A DNA stretch of 64,000 nucleotides from Gemmatimonadota bacterium (GCA_026387895.1 JAPLKT010000147.1:14625-78624); one strand, 5' to 3'. Shown: positions 32,565 to 42,274, counted from the first letter of the stretch. A program made the numbers and translations. Notes: generated by a model from the sequence alone, not told the origin.

Positions 32565-34846
32565 TTGGCCGTTCCCGCCGGTCCGAGATACTTGGCATAC
32601 CAATCCAACACACGCTGATGATAATCCATAAAATCAGACTCCGTCGTTTGCGGGACACCATGCCCGCTGTTCGCGTAGTTAACCCACGTCACCGGCTTTC
32701 CGAGCCGACGCATCGCATAATACATCTCACGGGTATTCAGCGCTGGCACATTGTGGTCCTCGCCACCAGTCATCAACAACAACGGCGTCGTAATCCGATC
32801 GGCGAACATCACCGCGGAGTGCTGCACGTACTTCTGCGGTTGCTGCCACATCGTGGCGCCGATCCGGTCTTGGCTCTTCTCCGCGGCGTGAATATTCCGC
32901 ACACCGAGGCGTGGGCTGTCGGTGTAGAAGGAGATGAAGTCCACCTTCCCGCTCATGTTGATCGCCGCCTTGAAGCGGCCGGTCTGCGTGATCAACAAGT
33001 TCGTAGCATAGCCGCCGTAACTCGTGCCATGTACCGCCAGTCGCGCACTATCGGCGAGCCCCATCGAAATCACGGCGTTCGCGGCGGCCGTGACGCCTTT
33101 GATCCACGCTTCTCCCGGATACCCAATGTCAAAGCCGACGCTCGGATTCACCACCGCGTAGCCGTGCGCCGACAGCAAATTGGCGACGGCATCGAACGTG
33201 TCGTCATAGAAATCTTCGTAGATAATGAACACCGTGGGATAGCGCGTTCCCTTCACGTAGTTCGCCGGATACCGCACCACACCGTAGCGCCCTTTGCCGT
33301 CGGCATCGAGGTACGGCAAGAGCTCGGTCTTCGCGATCGGCTTTCCGGCGAGCTGCGGATTCGACTCGAGCAGCTTTCGCGGTGCCGTGCCCGCCAGATC
33401 GGTCACAAAGAGATCCGCCGGATGATTTCCCGCCGCAATCGCGAGCACCATCGTGGCTCCATCACGCGCGAGGCGCGGGCCCGTGTAGAGCTCACCACCC
33501 TTGACGATGGTCCGCGACGACTTCGCCTGTAGATCCTGCACCACAAACGAGCGGTCCCACTCGCGGCGCGAGTTCACCGCGGTCACGAGATACCGCCCAT
33601 CGCGACTCCAGGTCACGAGCATCGGGCGCGGAAGGGTGGAGGTCGAATCGGGATACGTGACGACGTGCTCCTTGTTGCCCGTCACGACATCCACCACCCA
33701 GAGTCCGGTGCGATTCTCCGCCAACAGTTTACTCGCATCACTCGTAAGCGACATCGGCGTAAAACGTTCGGCGTCGCGCTTCGCTCGCGCGGCGGCACTG
33801 GTGTCGGCGTCGGTCGCGGCAGGCGCTGTCGCACCCAGCAGCTGACGTCGCGCGGTGTCGGCGGTGGTACCCATCCAGACTTTCCCATCACGCGCGACCG
33901 CATAGTGCACGCCGTCCTCGGCCCACACAAACTGCTGCCCCTTCATAGTCGCCGCGAGTGTACGCGGCACACCAGCCCCATGCGCCACGAGCTTCCACTC
34001 ACGACCGCCAATCACGTCGTAATCCGTCTTCTTGGTGATATCCTCCTGAATCGTCACCGACCGACCATCCTCGGCGAGCGTCCATGCGCCAATTCGCGCT
34101 TCGGGAACAAGCGTCTGCACGGCCCCGCTCGCGGGATCCCACGAGACAATCGAGCGCGTCGCCGAGAGGCGGTTCATCCCGTCCCACTCGAGGAAATCAT
34201 CTTTTCCGTCGAGTGCAACGATTGGCGCCGAGGTGAGCGCCGCGAACTTCGCTTTCGCATCAGCACGCCAGGCGTCCGTGCGAGTAGCAAACACGAGCGC
34301 ATCGCCGCGCTTGGTCCATCGCAGTTCACTATTCTCTGCGACGTAGCGCCCCGCGGGGATCTTGGCCGTGGTGAACTTCCCACTCGCACGATCCCAGATG
34401 GTGACCTGCCAGGTGTCGTTCTCGAGCAGCAGGAGCGCAAGCCGCGCGCCGTCGGGCGACCAGGTTGGGCCACGGAAGGTGCGCTTGGTGGGCCAGACCG
34501 GGCGCTGCGCGCCGGACTTGGTGTCGATAATGAGCAACCGCGCGACCGATGCGCGGAGATAGGTCTGATCGCCGTCTCGTGTGAAATCAGCGCCCAGCGC
34601 GTCCCGTCGGGTTGCGACCGATGCGGCGAGCCATCGTCCGTCGGCGGAAAGATCCGCAACGGAGATGCTGGCGATATCGAGGAGATCGCGAATACCGAGT
34701 GTGTCCGCCGCCACTGTGGACGCGTGTACGACCCGCGGCGATTCAGGCAGCACCCGTCGCGGCGCTGGCTTGCGCGGCGGAGCAAAAGCCGGTACAAGTG
34801 CAACGCTCAGTGTGAGGGCGCGAACGAGCGCGGGAATGACACTCAT
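32561..34846 (-). CDS. S9 family serine peptidase (prolyl oligopeptidase / dipeptidyl-peptidase-like), secreted
   Basis: Signal-like N-terminus, a beta-propeller-like N-terminal half, and the C-terminal nucleophile elbow 'HGTSYGGY' with 'YANSGHGV'. Confidence 0.85.
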   Translation of the reverse strand: MSVIPALVRALTLSVALVPAFAPPRKPAPRRVLPESPRVVHASTVAADTLGIRDLLDIASISVADLSADGRWLAASVATRRDALGADFTRDGDQTYLRASVARLLIIDTKSGAQRPVWPTKRTFRGPTWSPDGARLALLLLENDTWQVTIWDRASGKFTTAKIPAGRYVAENSELRWTKRGDALVFATRTDAWRADAKAKFAALTSAPIVALDGKDDFLEWDGMNRLSATRSIVSWDPASGAVQTLVPEARIGAWTLAEDGRSVTIQEDITKKTDYDVIGGREWKLVAHGAGVPRTLAATMKGQQFVWAEDGVHYAVARDGKVWMGTTADTARRQLLGATAPAATDADTSAAARAKRDAERFTPMSLTSDASKLLAENRTGLWVVDVVTGNKEHVVTYPDSTSTLPRPMLVTWSRDGRYLVTAVNSRREWDRSFVVQDLQAKSSRTIVKGGELYTGPRLARDGATMVLAIAAGNHPADLFVTDLAGTAPRKLLESNPQLAGKPIAKTELLPYLDADGKGRYGVVRYPANYVKGTRYPTVFIIYEDFYDDTFDAVANLLSAHGYAVVNPSVGFDIGYPGEAWIKGVTAAANAVISMGLADSARLAVHGTSYGGYATNLLITQTGRFKAAINMSGKVDFISFYTDSPRLGVRNIHAAEKSQDRIGATMWQQPQKYVQHSAVMFADRITTPLLLMTGGEDHNVPALNTREMYYAMRRLGKPVTWVNYANSGHGVPQTTESDFMDYHQRVLDWYAKYLGPAGTAK

Positions 34847-34918
34847 AAGTGTTCCTTATCAGACGGGTGATGACACCACACTTAGAATGTGTAGCGCGAG
34901 CCTAAAATGCGCCAGCAG

Positions 34919-35986
34919 TTACACAGCGAACGCGACGTCTTCTGCCACTGACGCGACAATATTCGCCGCATCTGGGCCGGCGAGGAACAGGTATTCGCGA
35001 TTCATCAGGTGGCCCACCTGCCCCACTTTCTTGCCTTGCTGATTGTGAATCCCAATCTGCGCCCCCACGTAGCGCTTGAACGCCACTGGCACGGCGGCAA
35101 CTTCTCCGCGCACCTCCTGCAAGAGCTGCAAGAGATCGTCCTGCGCAAAGAATCCTTCGTTGCTGAATGAGATGAGCAAGTGCGTCGCGCGAACGTCACG
35201 AATCAACTGCGAGAAAGCGGCCCACGCGCGCGGCTTGGCGTTGAACTCGCTTTTCACGATGCGACAATCTTCGCGTTTCCGCGCAACGCCATACGCCGGC
35301 GGTGCATCGTTGCGTACGATGGTCTCCCACACGTGGTAGTTCGAGAAATAGCTATGCTGGTTGTACGGCGGATCGATGTACGCGATGTCCACCGGATCCA
35401 TCGTGCGCGCGAAGTCGTTGGCATCCGCGCGCGCGACAGTGCCGGTGCCGGAAATGAGCACCGGAACTCGCAGCGCCAACGCGTTGTGCGAACGCGGCGC
35501 CCACCCCTTGAGATAGGCCATCTGAATCCCAGTGGTTGAGTCCACGCGATCCGCCGCTTCAAGGAGCGAGGTCAACAGAATCGCGTGCTCCATTGGGTCG
35601 CGCGCCAGCGCATCAATCGCGGCGCGAATCGCGTCAATGCGCCGCCCGTTTACTGGCTGGAAATAGCGCGCCTCCTCACAGAAGGTCCGCGTCACATAGC
35701 CATCGACACCTGGCAGCGCATTCAACTGTTCCACCAGGTAGGCGAGGCGCGCCATGTCAGCCGTTGCGCCGTCGCACGCGATATACGTGGTGGCCAGCAC
35801 CTCGGAATAGCTCGCGAGATCGTTGGCGGTCACCGCAAATCCCGCTCCCTTCAGCGCCTGCGCGACTCGCGTCGTACCGGTGAACAGATCCACAACGGTT
35901 CGCGCACCGGTTGCGGCTCGTACCGCGTTCGCGAGTGCCACAATCCGTGGCATAAGCGTGCGCTTCGAGCCGATGTACTTAATCAC
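34919..35986 (-). CDS. Site-specific DNA adenine methyltransferase (D12/Dam-like class), apparently orphan
   Basis: 'IKYIGSKRTLMPRI', motif I-like 'DLFTGTTRVAQAL', motif IV 'IDPPYNQHSY', C-terminal 'ISFSNEG'. Confidence 0.8.
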   Translation of the reverse strand: MIKYIGSKRTLMPRIVALANAVRAATGARTVVDLFTGTTRVAQALKGAGFAVTANDLASYSEVLATTYIACDGATADMARLAYLVEQLNALPGVDGYVTRTFCEEARYFQPVNGRRIDAIRAAIDALARDPMEHAILLTSLLEAADRVDSTTGIQMAYLKGWAPRSHNALALRVPVLISGTGTVARADANDFARTMDPVDIAYIDPPYNQHSYFSNYHVWETIVRNDAPPAYGVARKREDCRIVKSEFNAKPRAWAAFSQLIRDVRATHLLISFSNEGFFAQDDLLQLLQEVRGEVAAVPVAFKRYVGAQIGIHNQQGKKVGQVGHLMNREYLFLAGPDAANIVASVAEDVAFAV

Positions 35987-36131
35987 GTCGCGATCGTGGC
36001 GCGTTCGCGCGGTGCTTCGGGAAGCACGACATCCGGAAACTGGCTACGAAAGATCATGCGTGGCACTCGGCTGGAGTGTAGGGCGAGACTCGCAACCTAT
36101 CCGACCCGGTTCGCGGGCGCGAGCGGTCCCC

Positions 36132-36437
36132 CTATTTTTTCTCCTCCAACCGTTCGGCGGCAGATGCGCTCGCCGCGAGCGGCCGTGCGGGCGCGTTCGC
36201 CAGCACTTGCGTCACAAAGCGTTGCCCTTCGCCCACGCGTTCCACCTCGATCGCCACGCGTTCTATGGCTTGCTCCATTCGGTGGAGCCGTTCGTCGAGC
36301 TCAGCGGACATTTCGTGCGGCGCTGGCGCGGAGATTTTGTTTTGCATCCGCCGAGCGATGGCGAGGGACACGGGTAGAACGACCGCGGTCACCATGGCGA
36401 GGGCCATCATTGCTACTACAGCTTCGTTTATGGGCAT
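36132..36437 (-). CDS. Small membrane-anchored coiled-coil protein, hypothetical
   Basis: N-terminal TM 'AVVAMMALAMVTAVVLPVSLAIA' followed by a charged helical segment. No family recognised. Confidence 0.45.
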   Translation of the reverse strand: MPINEAVVAMMALAMVTAVVLPVSLAIARRMQNKISAPAPHEMSAELDERLHRMEQAIERVAIEVERVGEGQRFVTQVLANAPARPLAASASAAERLEEKK

Positions 36438-36573
36438 ATCCTGTTCTCCTCGCGATGTGGGAACCCCTCACTGCGGTGCGACCTCCCACCCCAGCTGGTA
36501 CCGAGCTGCAGTCTCCCTACGGCCGGCGACAGGGCCAAGATTCATCAATAGCCACCCCGGCCGCGTGAACCGA

Positions 36574-36615
36574 GTGCCGACCGGGTGCCGACCGGGTGCC
36601 GACCGGGTGCCGACC
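36574..36615. repeat. 11-bp tandem repeat (GTGCCGACCGG) x3.8 in a divergent intergenic region
   Basis: Perfect copies at 36574-36584, 36585-36595 and 36596-36606, plus a 9-nt partial copy at 36607-36615. A degenerate copy ('gtgaaccgag') lies immediately upstream. Confidence 0.95.
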
Positions 36616-36682
36616 ATAGTTCCCCCCGCCCTCTCCCCGAACTGGGGTCCGAGAGCGAAGTTTAAGCTGGACCTCTCAACGG

Positions 36683-39600
36683 ATGCCCCGAATGCCCCGA
36701 CACGCTCGCCCCGCCCTCCGACTCGGCGTCTCCACCTGCGCCGCCCTTGCCCTCGTACTCGGCGCCTGGCGCGTCGGCGACTCGGCACCCTCTGGCTCCC
36801 CAGCGCTCAGCACGGTGGACTCCACCGTACTGAAGACATTCCGTTGGCGCAGCATCGGCCCCGACCGCGGCGGCCGATCGATTGCCGCGAGCGGCGTCAA
36901 GGGACGCGCCAAGGAAGCCTACTTCGGCGCCGTCGGCGGCGGTCTCTGGAAGACCACCGATGGCGGTGAAAACTGGGCCCCCGTGACCGACGGCCAGATC
37001 AAGAGCTCGTCGGTTGGCGCCGTGGCGGTGAGCGAGTCGAACCCGGATATCGTCTACATCGGTACGGGCGAGACCTGCATCCGCGGCAACATCATGGCCG
37101 GCGACGGCGTCTATAAGAGCGCCGACGCCGGCAAGACCTGGACGCACATCGGCTTTGAGAAGTCGGAGAATATCTCCAAGATCCGCATCCACCCGACCAA
37201 CCCCGACATCATCTTTGTCGCCGCCTTCGGCAAGCACTCGGCGCCGAACGAGGACCGTGGTGTCTACAAGAGCATCGACGGTGGCAAGTCGTGGAAGAAG
37301 GTGCTGTATCGCGACGACAAGACCGCCGCGATCGACATCAGCATCGACCGCAACAACCCGAACATCATGTACGCCGCCATGTGGGAGGCGTACCGCAAAG
37401 AATTCACGATGTCGAGTGGTGGCCCCGGCAGCGGACTCTTCAAGAGCATCGATGGCGGTGAGAGCTGGACCGAGATCACCCGCAACCCCGGCATGCCCAA
37501 GGGGCTGATCGGGCGTATCGGCGTGAGCGTGAGCGGCGCGAACTCCAAGCGCGTGTATGCGCTCGTGGAGAATGAAGACGGCGGGCTCTTGAGCTCTGAC
37601 GACGCAGGCGCCACGTGGAAGCTGATCTCCACCGATCGCAATGTTCGCCAGCGCGCGTTCTACTACACGCACGTGTTTGCGGATCCGAAGGACGAGAACA
37701 CGGTGTACATGCTCAACACGAGCGCGTACCGCTCGACCGACGGCGGCAAGACGATGGTGAGCATCGGCAACGGCACCCACGGCGATCACCATGATCTCTG
37801 GATTGATCCGGACGACACCAAGCATCTCGTGAACGGCAATGATGGCGGCGGCGCCGTCTCGATGAACACCGGCGCGTCATTTAGCGCCCAGACGTTCCCG
37901 ACTGAACAGTTCTATCACATCGCGGCGACGGCGCACTTGCCGTACCATGTGTGCGGGTCGCAGCAGGACAACACGACGCTCTGCGTACCGTTCAACTGGA
38001 ACTACACGCAGGGCGGCGGACGCGGTGGACGTGGCGGCGGCGGTGGTGGACGCGGTGCAGCACCGACGGCGGCGCCGTCGTATCAGGCGGGCGGCGGTGA
38101 GCCTGGCTATATCGCACCCGACCCGCTCGATCCGGACGTGTTCTACTCCGGCACCAACAACGGCGGCTATCTCGACAAGTTTAACCGTCGCAACGAGCAG
38201 CACCGTGAAGTGAACCCGTACCCCTGGTTCTACTCGGGCGAGCCCAGCTCTGAGATCAAAGAACGCTGGCAGTGGACCTACCCGATCGTCTTCTCGAAGC
38301 TCGACCCGAAGTTGCTCTTCGTGTCGTCGCAGCGCCTCTGGAAGACGCGTGACGGTGGGCAGAACTGGACGGCGATCAGCGGCGACCTCACGCGCCATGA
38401 CCCCAACACCATGGGGACCTCGGGCGGTCCGATCACGGGCGACATGAACGGCCCCGAAGTCTACGGCGTGATTTTCTCTGTTGGACCGAGCAAGAAGGAT
38501 ATCAATGTCATCTGGACCGGCTCGGACGACGGGCTCGTGCATGTGACCAAGGACGGCGGCAAGACGTGGACGAACGTCACGCCAAAGGGAATGCCGGATT
38601 TCGGACGTGTCTCGCAGATTGACGCCTCGGCGTTCGATGCTGGCGTCGCGTACATCTCCGTGCGTCGCCCGCTCATGGATGACAAGACGCCGTATTTGTT
38701 CAAGACGGCCGACTACGGCAAGACCTGGACGAAAATCATCAACGGCATCCGCGCTGACGACTGGATGCACGCGATCCGCGAAGATCCCACGCGCAAGGGG
38801 CTGTTGTACGCGGCCTCGCAGCACGGCGTGTACATCTCGTACGATGACGGCGCGAAGTGGGAATCGCTCTCGCTCAATCTCCCCGACGTGCCGGTCAGCG
38901 ATTTGATTGTGCAGGACAACGAGCTCGCGATCGCAACGCATGGACGTGGCTTCTACATCCTCGACAACATCGGTCCGCTCCGTCAGACGGGCGCTGCAGT
39001 CGATGCCGCCGATGCCTGGATTTATGAACCGGCTGCCGCGTATCGCACTGGCCCGGGCGCGACCTTCACCTATTTGCTCAAGAAGGCCGCCAAGCAGGTC
39101 ACGATCGACGTGCTCGACAGCGCGGGCAAGCTCGTGAAGTCGTTCGGTCCGGATACTGCACCGCCGGCTCCGGCCGGTCGTGGCGGTGGACGCGGCGCTG
39201 TGCCAACGCCAGCTCCTGCGACCACCGTTGGCATGAATCGCTTGAACTGGGACATGCGCTACGAGGGGGTCACCTCATTCCCAGGGATGATTCTCTGGGG
39301 TGCCAGCACGCAGGGACCTGTCGCGCCGCCAGGCACGTATCAGGTGCGCCTGACGGTCGATGGAAAATCGCAGACGCAGAAGTTCAAGGTCAAGCGCAAC
39401 CCGATGATCACCGATGTGAGCGACGCCGATCTCCGCGCGCAGTTTGCGCTGGCGATCAAGGCTCGCGATCGTGCGAGCGAGGCCAACCAAGCGGTGATCG
39501 ATCTGCGCAACGTGAAGGCGCAGGTTGCCGACCGTCTCAAGAAGGCGCAGGACGCGAAGCTCAAGGAGACGGGCGACAAGCTGAGCGTCAACAGCGCCGA

Positions 39601-39904
39601 TGTCGAAGACGACATCTACCAGGTGAAGAACCAGGCGGGCCAAGATCCGCTCAACTTCCCGATCCGCATCAATAACCGATTGGCGAATCTCCTGCGCATG
39701 GTCACGGCGGGCGAAGGACGCCCGACGAACAACCTGCCGGCGCTTTACGACGAATACGTCAAGCTCCTCAAGGTACAGACGGACCGGAAGGACAAGGTCT
39801 TCAGCATCGACCTCAAGGCGTTCAACGCGGAGCTGAAGCGACTCGGAATGATCCCGGTCGATCCGAAGTGCGCGAAGGCCGACGGGTGCAGTTTCGTACC
39901 GTGA
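36683..39904 (+). CDS. Secreted BNR/Asp-box repeat protein, sortilin/VPS10- or GH74-like double beta-propeller
   Basis: Signal peptide and about 10 Asp-box motifs (SxDxGxTW): 'TTDGGENW', 'SADAGKTW', 'SIDGGKSW', 'SIDGGESW', 'SDDAGATW', 'TRDGGQNW', 'TKDGGKTW', 'TADYGKTW'. Confidence 0.8.
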   Translation: MPRMPRHARPALRLGVSTCAALALVLGAWRVGDSAPSGSPALSTVDSTVLKTFRWRSIGPDRGGRSIAASGVKGRAKEAYFGAVGGGLWKTTDGGENWAPVTDGQIKSSSVGAVAVSESNPDIVYIGTGETCIRGNIMAGDGVYKSADAGKTWTHIGFEKSENISKIRIHPTNPDIIFVAAFGKHSAPNEDRGVYKSIDGGKSWKKVLYRDDKTAAIDISIDRNNPNIMYAAMWEAYRKEFTMSSGGPGSGLFKSIDGGESWTEITRNPGMPKGLIGRIGVSVSGANSKRVYALVENEDGGLLSSDDAGATWKLISTDRNVRQRAFYYTHVFADPKDENTVYMLNTSAYRSTDGGKTMVSIGNGTHGDHHDLWIDPDDTKHLVNGNDGGGAVSMNTGASFSAQTFPTEQFYHIAATAHLPYHVCGSQQDNTTLCVPFNWNYTQGGGRGGRGGGGGGRGAAPTAAPSYQAGGGEPGYIAPDPLDPDVFYSGTNNGGYLDKFNRRNEQHREVNPYPWFYSGEPSSEIKERWQWTYPIVFSKLDPKLLFVSSQRLWKTRDGGQNWTAISGDLTRHDPNTMGTSGGPITGDMNGPEVYGVIFSVGPSKKDINVIWTGSDDGLVHVTKDGGKTWTNVTPKGMPDFGRVSQIDASAFDAGVAYISVRRPLMDDKTPYLFKTADYGKTWTKIINGIRADDWMHAIREDPTRKGLLYAASQHGVYISYDDGAKWESLSLNLPDVPVSDLIVQDNELAIATHGRGFYILDNIGPLRQTGAAVDAADAWIYEPAAAYRTGPGATFTYLLKKAAKQVTIDVLDSAGKLVKSFGPDTAPPAPAGRGGGRGAVPTPAPATTVGMNRLNWDMRYEGVTSFPGMILWGASTQGPVAPPGTYQVRLTVDGKSQTQKFKVKRNPMITDVSDADLRAQFALAIKARDRASEANQAVIDLRNVKAQVADRLKKAQDAKLKETGDKLSVNSADVEDDIYQVKNQAGQDPLNFPIRINNRLANLLRMVTAGEGRPTNNLPALYDEYVKLLKVQTDRKDKVFSIDLKAFNAELKRLGMIPVDPKCAKADGCSFVP

Positions 39905-39946
39905 TCGAGCGGTAGCTGTGCGCTGATTGCACGAGTAGCAGATTGT

Positions 39947-39979
39947 AAACCGGCGACGTGGTAACCACGTCGCCGGTTT
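39947..39979 (+). terminator. Probable intrinsic terminator downstream of the BNR gene
   Basis: Perfect 15-bp stem (aaaccggcgacgtgg / ccacgtcgccggttt) with a 3-nt loop (taa). It lies 43 nt after the stop, and a T-rich stretch ('cgcttttt') follows about 10 nt later. Confidence 0.65.
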
Positions 39980-40063
39980 GCGTATCTCGCTTTTTGCGTC
40001 GCGAAGAACAGGCGTGGGGCGACCCTTGCCCTCGCGCCGCGTTACGAACATCTTAGAACTAAG

Positions 40064-40600
40064 ATGAAATCCCCCCAGCCGTCGCCTGCTCCCGCCCGAA
40101 CCGATCACGACCTCCCGACCGCCACAGCGCTCAAGCTCTGGGTTGTCCTGAGCCGTGCGCAGTGGGCGGTGCAACAAGTGTCGATCAACGACATCGAGAG
40201 CCACGGACTCAGCCCCGCCGAGTTCGCGATTATCGAAGTGCTCTTCCATAAGGGACCGCTGCTCCTGGGCGAAGTGCAGCGAAAGGTGCTCGTGTCGAGT
40301 GGTGGCATCACCTTCCTCGTGGACAAGCTCGCGAAGCGCGGGCTGGTCGAGCGCCGCGAGTGCCCGAGCGACCGGCGGGCCCGCTATGCCGCGCTCACCC
40401 CAGAGGGTGAAGCGCTCATGCATGAGATCTTCCCGGCGCATGCCGCCGCGATCCGCGACGCCCTGGCCGGACTTCCCGTCGACGAACAAAAAACCCTGAT
40501 CTCAGCGCTCAAGGCGCTCGGGAAAGAGGCCGAGCGGGTCGCCTCGGAGACCCCGCGCTGCAAGAAAGCCGTGGCCGAACTGAACAACTCCGCTTCGTAA
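40064..40600 (+). CDS. MarR family transcriptional regulator
   Basis: Winged-helix region 'LSPAEFAIIEVLFHKGPLLLGEVQRKVLVSSGGITFLVDKLAKRGLVERRECPSDRRARYAALTPEG'. Confidence 0.85.
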   Translation: MKSPQPSPAPARTDHDLPTATALKLWVVLSRAQWAVQQVSINDIESHGLSPAEFAIIEVLFHKGPLLLGEVQRKVLVSSGGITFLVDKLAKRGLVERRECPSDRRARYAALTPEGEALMHEIFPAHAAAIRDALAGLPVDEQKTLISALKALGKEAERVASETPRCKKAVAELNNSAS

Positions 40601-40641
40601 TCCTTGGGGCAATCAGCGCGCGGCCCCTTTTCCCTCTGGAA

Positions 40642-42183
40642 ATGCCTATGCACCGCTCTTTCGCCTGCCGCGCCGCCGTCGCCCTCGCCCTCCTCGCGAC
40701 CGCCACCACCCTCGCCGCGCAGCAGTTCCCCACCAACGCCACCCACGGCAAGCGCCCCACGCGCCTGGTGATCCGCAACGCCACCATCATTGATGGCAAC
40801 GGCACCCCAGCGCGCGGCCCAGTCGACATCGTGGTCGAAGGGAACACGATCACCGATATCGTTGCGCTCGATCCGGTGGCCACCGGACGCGGGCAGTCAC
40901 GACGGCCAGCCGGCGACGTGAACATCGACGCCACGGGCAAGTACGTCCTCCCAGGCCTGATCAACGCACACGCGCATCTCCAGAGCCAACGCTCGGGCCA
41001 CTCGCTCGACGGCTATGAGTACAATCTCAAACTGTGGTTGGCCAACGGTATCACCTCGGTGCGCGAAGTGGGCTCCGAGAGTGACACCGGAATCGTCAAC
41101 ATCCGCGATCGCTCCGCCAAAGGCGACATCGTCGCACCGCGCATTTTCGCCTACCCGATGCTTATGGGCGGCGGTGCCCGCATCAAAACGCCAGCCGATG
41201 CCCGCGCCCGCGTGCAGTACCTCAAGAAGATCGGCGTCGACGGCATCAAGATCACCGGCATCGAACGCGACTTGATGGCGGCGATGGAAGATGAAGCGAA
41301 GAAGCTCGGCCTCCCAATCGCGCACCATGTTGGCGTCGAAGAAACCAACGCCTGGGACGACATCGAGTTCGGCACTCGCTCCATTGAGCACTGGTACGGC
41401 ATCCCCGACGCCGCGATCCCCGACCTGCGCCAGCACTTCCCGAGCAACTACAACTACGCCAACGAAACGGATCGCTTCCGCTGGGCGGGCCGTCTCTGGC
41501 GCGAGGCCGACCCGAAGCTGCTCGACAGTGTCCTCACCATGATGGTGAAGAAGAATGTCGCCTGGGTCCCCACGATGGACATCTACGAGGCGAGCCGCGA
41601 CCTGCAGCGCGCACAAACGCAGCCCTGGTTCTCCGAATACCTGCACCCGTCGCTCGCCTGGTACTTCAAGCCAGATCCGGCGAACCACGGCTCCTACTTC
41701 ATCGGCTGGAGCTCCACCGACGAAGTCTACTGGAAGGAAAATTATCGCCTCTGGATGTCGGCCCTCCGCGACTTCGAACGCAAAGGCGGCACGATCGGTT
41801 GCGGTGACGATGCGGGCTTTATCTACCAGCTCTACGGCTACGGCCTGATCCGAGAAATGGAACTCCACGCCGAAGCCGGCTTCAACCCGATCAAAATCAT
41901 TCAGCACTGCACCGGCAACAACGCAAAAATCCTGGGCCACGAAGACAAACTCGGCCGCGTGCGCGCCGGCTGGCTCGCCGACCTGATCGTGGTGGACGGC
42001 AACCCGCTCGAAGACCTCAAGGTCCTCTACGCGGGTGGCACGACGGGACTCAAAGACGGTAAGGAAATCCGCACCCACGGCTCCGAGTGGGTCATCAAGG
42101 ACGGCATCCCTTACAACGGCCCGCAGCTCCTGCGCGAAGTGAAGGCAATCGTCGATAAAGCCAAGGCTACCGGAGCGAAGTAA
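40642..42183 (+). CDS. Amidohydrolase family protein, secreted/periplasmic
   Basis: Signal peptide, the 'LPGLINAHAHL' metal-binding HxH, and later 'GCGDDAG'. Confidence 0.75.
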   Translation: MPMHRSFACRAAVALALLATATTLAAQQFPTNATHGKRPTRLVIRNATIIDGNGTPARGPVDIVVEGNTITDIVALDPVATGRGQSRRPAGDVNIDATGKYVLPGLINAHAHLQSQRSGHSLDGYEYNLKLWLANGITSVREVGSESDTGIVNIRDRSAKGDIVAPRIFAYPMLMGGGARIKTPADARARVQYLKKIGVDGIKITGIERDLMAAMEDEAKKLGLPIAHHVGVEETNAWDDIEFGTRSIEHWYGIPDAAIPDLRQHFPSNYNYANETDRFRWAGRLWREADPKLLDSVLTMMVKKNVAWVPTMDIYEASRDLQRAQTQPWFSEYLHPSLAWYFKPDPANHGSYFIGWSSTDEVYWKENYRLWMSALRDFERKGGTIGCGDDAGFIYQLYGYGLIREMELHAEAGFNPIKIIQHCTGNNAKILGHEDKLGRVRAGWLADLIVVDGNPLEDLKVLYAGGTTGLKDGKEIRTHGSEWVIKDGIPYNGPQLLREVKAIVDKAKATGAK

Positions 42184-42274
42184 GTGAGCGCCTCAGCGCT
42201 GCTCACAGGCGAAGCCATCCTCTCGAAGGACTGGGGGGGGGCATCTTCCACACCCACACATGCTGGAGTTGCCC

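Noticed and set aside
36574-36615. Possible CRISPR array. The Ig-repeat region 58501-60318 was considered as well.
   Set aside because: The 11-bp units are contiguous without spacers. The Ig-like repeats are diverged coding repeats. No cas genes are present.
40601-40641. Weak hairpin (ggggc...gcccc) plus TTTT after the MarR gene, considered as a terminator
   Set aside because: The stem is only 5 bp, and the next gene starts 41 nt downstream in the same orientation. This is insufficient support.
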